A stretch of 64,000 nucleotides of DNA from NCBI GenBank assembly GCA_016214905.1, contig JACRMQ010000007.1, forward strand, positions 328,965 through 392,964. Direction: 5' to 3'. The translations under genes were made by a program, and so were the position numbers. This DNA comes from Ignavibacteriales bacterium. GTDB lineage: Bacteria; Bacteroidota; Ignavibacteria; UBA10030; SZUA-254. This document shows, piece by piece, positions 61,574 to 64,000 of this stretch (positions within the stretch are counted from its first letter, which is position 1; the number at the start of each line of letters is the position of its first letter). Under the pieces are notes generated by a model that saw nothing but the letters and a program-made list of their open reading frames with translations, was not told where the DNA came from and ran no database searches.

Positions 61574-63022
61574 ATGTCAAAGATAATCAAACAAATAAAT
61601 TCTGAAGTAGTAAAAAAGACTGCAACACGATGTCGAGAAAAAGGGATTGTTGTTCCAACTTTCAAACAGATGAGAAATCCTGAAACGATTCCGGTATCAA
61701 TTAAATCCATTCTTCCGAAAGTCGGTTTGTGGGATGTTAATCCTCTAAACCTTTTCCGCATAACATGGAAGAATGATATCAAAACCGGATTGTTCGGCGG
61801 AGTAAATTATCTCGAAATCCCCAAAGAAATTACAGGAGTCAAAGCGAGGATTATTGGGCTCGTAGGAAAATATTTTCCTACCGGCGCACATAAAGTAGGT
61901 GCTGCGTTTGGCTGCCTTGTACCGCGGCTCGTCAGCGGAGAATTCAATCCTGAAAAACATAAAGCTGTATGGCCCTCGACGGGTAATTATTGCAGAGGCG
62001 GAGCGTTTAATTCCGTATTGTTAGGTTGCACACCGATTGCAATACTTCCTGAGGAAATGTCGAAAGAACGCTTTGCCTGGCTAAAAGAAATCGGCGCTGA
62101 TGTAATCGCTACTCCCGGCTGCGAATCAAACGTGAAGGAAATTTACGACAAATGCTGGGAACTGAAAAAGGATCCGAACAATATAATCTTTAACCAGTTC
62201 GAAGAATTCGGCAATCCGATCTGGCATTATAATGTTACCGGTCCTGCGATTGAGGAAGTGTTTCAATCACTTAAAATGAAAAACGGAAGAGCATCTGCTT
62301 TTATTTCTGCAACCGGTTCAGCTGGCACGATTGCTGCGGGGGATTATCTCAAGAAACAATATCCACATCTGAAAGTTGTTGCAACTGAAGCGCTTCAGTG
62401 TCCGACACTTCTCATGAACGGCTTCGGCGGTCACCGCATTGAAGGAATCGGAGATAAACATGTGCCGTGGGTACACAACGTCCGAAACACCGATGCAGTT
62501 GCCGCAATCGATGATGAAGATTGTATGAGAGTTTTGAGATTATTCAATGAGGAAGTAGGTAAAAACTTTTTGAGCAAGGAGCTTAGAGCTGAGAGCAAGG
62601 AACTGTCGCTTCTTGGTATTTCGAGTATTGCTAATATGCTTGCAGCGATAAAGACTGCGAAGTATTTCGAACTGAATGAGGACGATGTTATCTTCACAAT
62701 GTTTACAGATTCAGCGGACATGTATGGCTCACGAATAAAAGAATTAGAGCAAGAGCGCGGAAAATATTCTTTGATTGAAGCCGCAAAAGATCATGCCGCT
62801 CCGATTGCGCATCAAAGTATCGATTATTTTAAAGAACTAACGTACTATGATCGAAAAGCAATACACAACCTCAAATATTATACCTGGGTCGAACAGCAAG
62901 GAAAAACGTACGAAGAAATTTTAGCGCAATGGAATCCTGAATATTGGACAAGTTTATTTGAAGAAGAAGTTGTATATTTCGATAAGTTGATTGAAGAATT
63001 TAATAATCAGGTAGGTAAGTAA
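61574..63022 (+). CDS. PLP-dependent enzyme, fold type II (uncharacterised lyase)
   Basis: FPTGAHKVGA (PLP Lys), WPSTGNY, NQFEE..N, TGSAGT, HRIEGIG. Confidence 0.88.
   Translation: MSKIIKQINSEVVKKTATRCREKGIVVPTFKQMRNPETIPVSIKSILPKVGLWDVNPLNLFRITWKNDIKTGLFGGVNYLEIPKEITGVKARIIGLVGKYFPTGAHKVGAAFGCLVPRLVSGEFNPEKHKAVWPSTGNYCRGGAFNSVLLGCTPIAILPEEMSKERFAWLKEIGADVIATPGCESNVKEIYDKCWELKKDPNNIIFNQFEEFGNPIWHYNVTGPAIEEVFQSLKMKNGRASAFISATGSAGTIAAGDYLKKQYPHLKVVATEALQCPTLLMNGFGGHRIEGIGDKHVPWVHNVRNTDAVAAIDDEDCMRVLRLFNEEVGKNFLSKELRAESKELSLLGISSIANMLAAIKTAKYFELNEDDVIFTMFTDSADMYGSRIKELEQERGKYSLIEAAKDHAAPIAHQSIDYFKELTYYDRKAIHNLKYYTWVEQQGKTYEEILAQWNPEYWTSLFEEEVVYFDKLIEEFNNQVGK
62572..62606 (+). repeat. 7-mer array (GAGCnnn) inside the PLP enzyme CDS
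   Basis: GAGCAAG GAGCTTA GAGCTGA GAGCAAG GAACTGT. Confidence 0.7.
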
Positions 63023-63114
63023 CCCTCACCCTATAATCCCTCTCCCAATTTGGGAGAGGGATGTTCCGATGATATCCTGAGCGAAGTCGAAGGATTATCG
63101 GAACGGGAGAGGGT
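63022..63114. repeat. REP-like multi-hairpin element, copy 2, with nested insert
   Basis: Same architecture as the 57149 element, plus TCCTGAGCGAAGTCGAAGGA (63075-63094) in the apex of the GTTCCGAT/ATCGGAAC hairpin. Confidence 0.9.
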
Positions 63115-63127
63115 AACAAAGGATTGA

Positions 63128-64000
63128 ATGAATATTTCAGAGAAAATAAGAAATGCAGGTATTGTCGGTGCGGGTGGCGGCGGCTTCCCCACACATGTAA
63201 AAGCCGGTGCGAAAGTTGAATATGTTATAGCCAATGGAGCCGAGTGTGAGCCGTTGATCCATAAAGATTATGAAATCATGGTTCGATGCCCGGAAAAAGT
63301 TGTGCACGGCGTAATCCTTCTAATGGAATCTACGGGTGCAAAAAAAGGTATAATCGGAATAAAAGAAAAAAACAAAGACGCTGTTGATGCAATCTCAGGT
63401 GCGATTCACGATCCACGCATCAAGATTCATTTACTTGGAGATTTTTATCCGTCCGGCGATGAATTCATTCTTGTTTACGAATCGACAAAAAGATTAATAC
63501 CTCCTCAGGGAATTCCGCTCGATGTTGGAATTGTAGTCAGCAATGTCGAGACGCTCTATAATATTTCTCTTGCTGCTGACGATCAACCTGTAATTGAAAA
63601 ATTTGTAACGGTTGCAGGTGCTGTGCATCATCCGTTATCTTTTGTTGCACCGGTGGGTATGAGTTTTAAGGATGCGATTGCTTTTGCGGGCGGTGTGAGT
63701 GTAAAAGATTTCGGCGTGTTTGTCGGTGGAATCATGATGGGAAAATTGGAGTTCGATCTTGATCAGCCGATTACAAAAACAACTGCCGGATTTATTGTTA
63801 TTCCAAAAGAACATATTTTAATCCAGCGAAAGAGCCGAACTGAACAATCGATGCGGCGAATCGGCAAATCTGCTTGCGATCAGTGCAGTTATTGCACAGA
63901 ATTATGTCCGCGATACATACTTGGCTATGATGTTCAGCCTCATAAAGTAATGCGGAGTCTTGGTTTCACAATGACAGGTGAGCATATTTGGAATCAATAC
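63128..64000 (+). CDS. PduS-like (RnfC-related) flavin/[4Fe-4S] SLBB protein, 3'-truncated
   Basis: Not in the ORF track. MNISEKIRNAGIVGAGGGGFPTHVK...NGAECEPL...YPSGDE...VSNVETL...GGIMMG...CDQCSYCTELCPRYILG; lacks the RnfC N-terminal barrel. Confidence 0.88.
   Translation, partial: MNISEKIRNAGIVGAGGGGFPTHVKAGAKVEYVIANGAECEPLIHKDYEIMVRCPEKVVHGVILLMESTGAKKGIIGIKEKNKDAVDAISGAIHDPRIKIHLLGDFYPSGDEFILVYESTKRLIPPQGIPLDVGIVVSNVETLYNISLAADDQPVIEKFVTVAGAVHHPLSFVAPVGMSFKDAIAFAGGVSVKDFGVFVGGIMMGKLEFDLDQPITKTTAGFIVIPKEHILIQRKSRTEQSMRRIGKSACDQCSYCTELCPRYILGYDVQPHKVMRSLGFTMTGEHIWNQY

Noticed and set aside
47547..63114. CRISPR array or integron attC interpretation of the repeats
   Set aside because: No regularly spaced identical repeats with unique spacers, no cas or intI gene, and no consistent RYYYAAC/GTTRRRY ends.
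43317..64000. Selenocysteine (in-frame TGA) recoding in the catabolic genes
   Set aside because: The ORFs appear full length, and their TGA stops coincide with normal ends or ATGA overlaps.
63128..64000. RnfC of an Rnf complex
   Set aside because: The protein starts directly at the GIVGAGG motif without the RnfC N-terminal domain and has the PduS-type CxxCxxCxxxCPRxxxG; downstream context is needed for certainty.

Overview
This is a 64 kb bacterial chromosomal window, most likely from an Ignavibacteria/Chlorobi-type (FCB group) organism. That call rests on a T9SS-type C-terminal domain (QNYPNPFNP), a PorV-like gene, and recurrent TTGnnn-17-TATATT promoters. The first ~42 kb is mostly housekeeping: clpC, tRNA-Asn, rplU/rpmA, lon, dnaX, rseP/dxr, yicC-gmk-rpoZ-coaBC-udg-dnaB, rqcH and add. 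It also holds a four-gene candidate trans-envelope cAMP signalling operon (secreted protein, FecR, outer-membrane barrel, CHASE2 adenylate cyclase) and an M3-like peptidase homologue that lacks its HExxH motif. From 43.3 kb to the end runs a purine-catabolic cluster: two different xanthine dehydrogenase systems, SsnA, PreT/PreA-like genes and two PLP enzymes. It ends in a PduS-like gene, which suggests a bacterial microcompartment locus beyond the window edge. Unrelated guest genes interrupt this cluster. It also carries several families of micro-repeats (7-, 8- and 9/10-mer arrays and nested palindromes), many of them inside coding sequence or supplying start and stop codons. No CRISPR array, rRNA, integrase or transposase was seen. 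All family calls come from motif recognition, not database searches.
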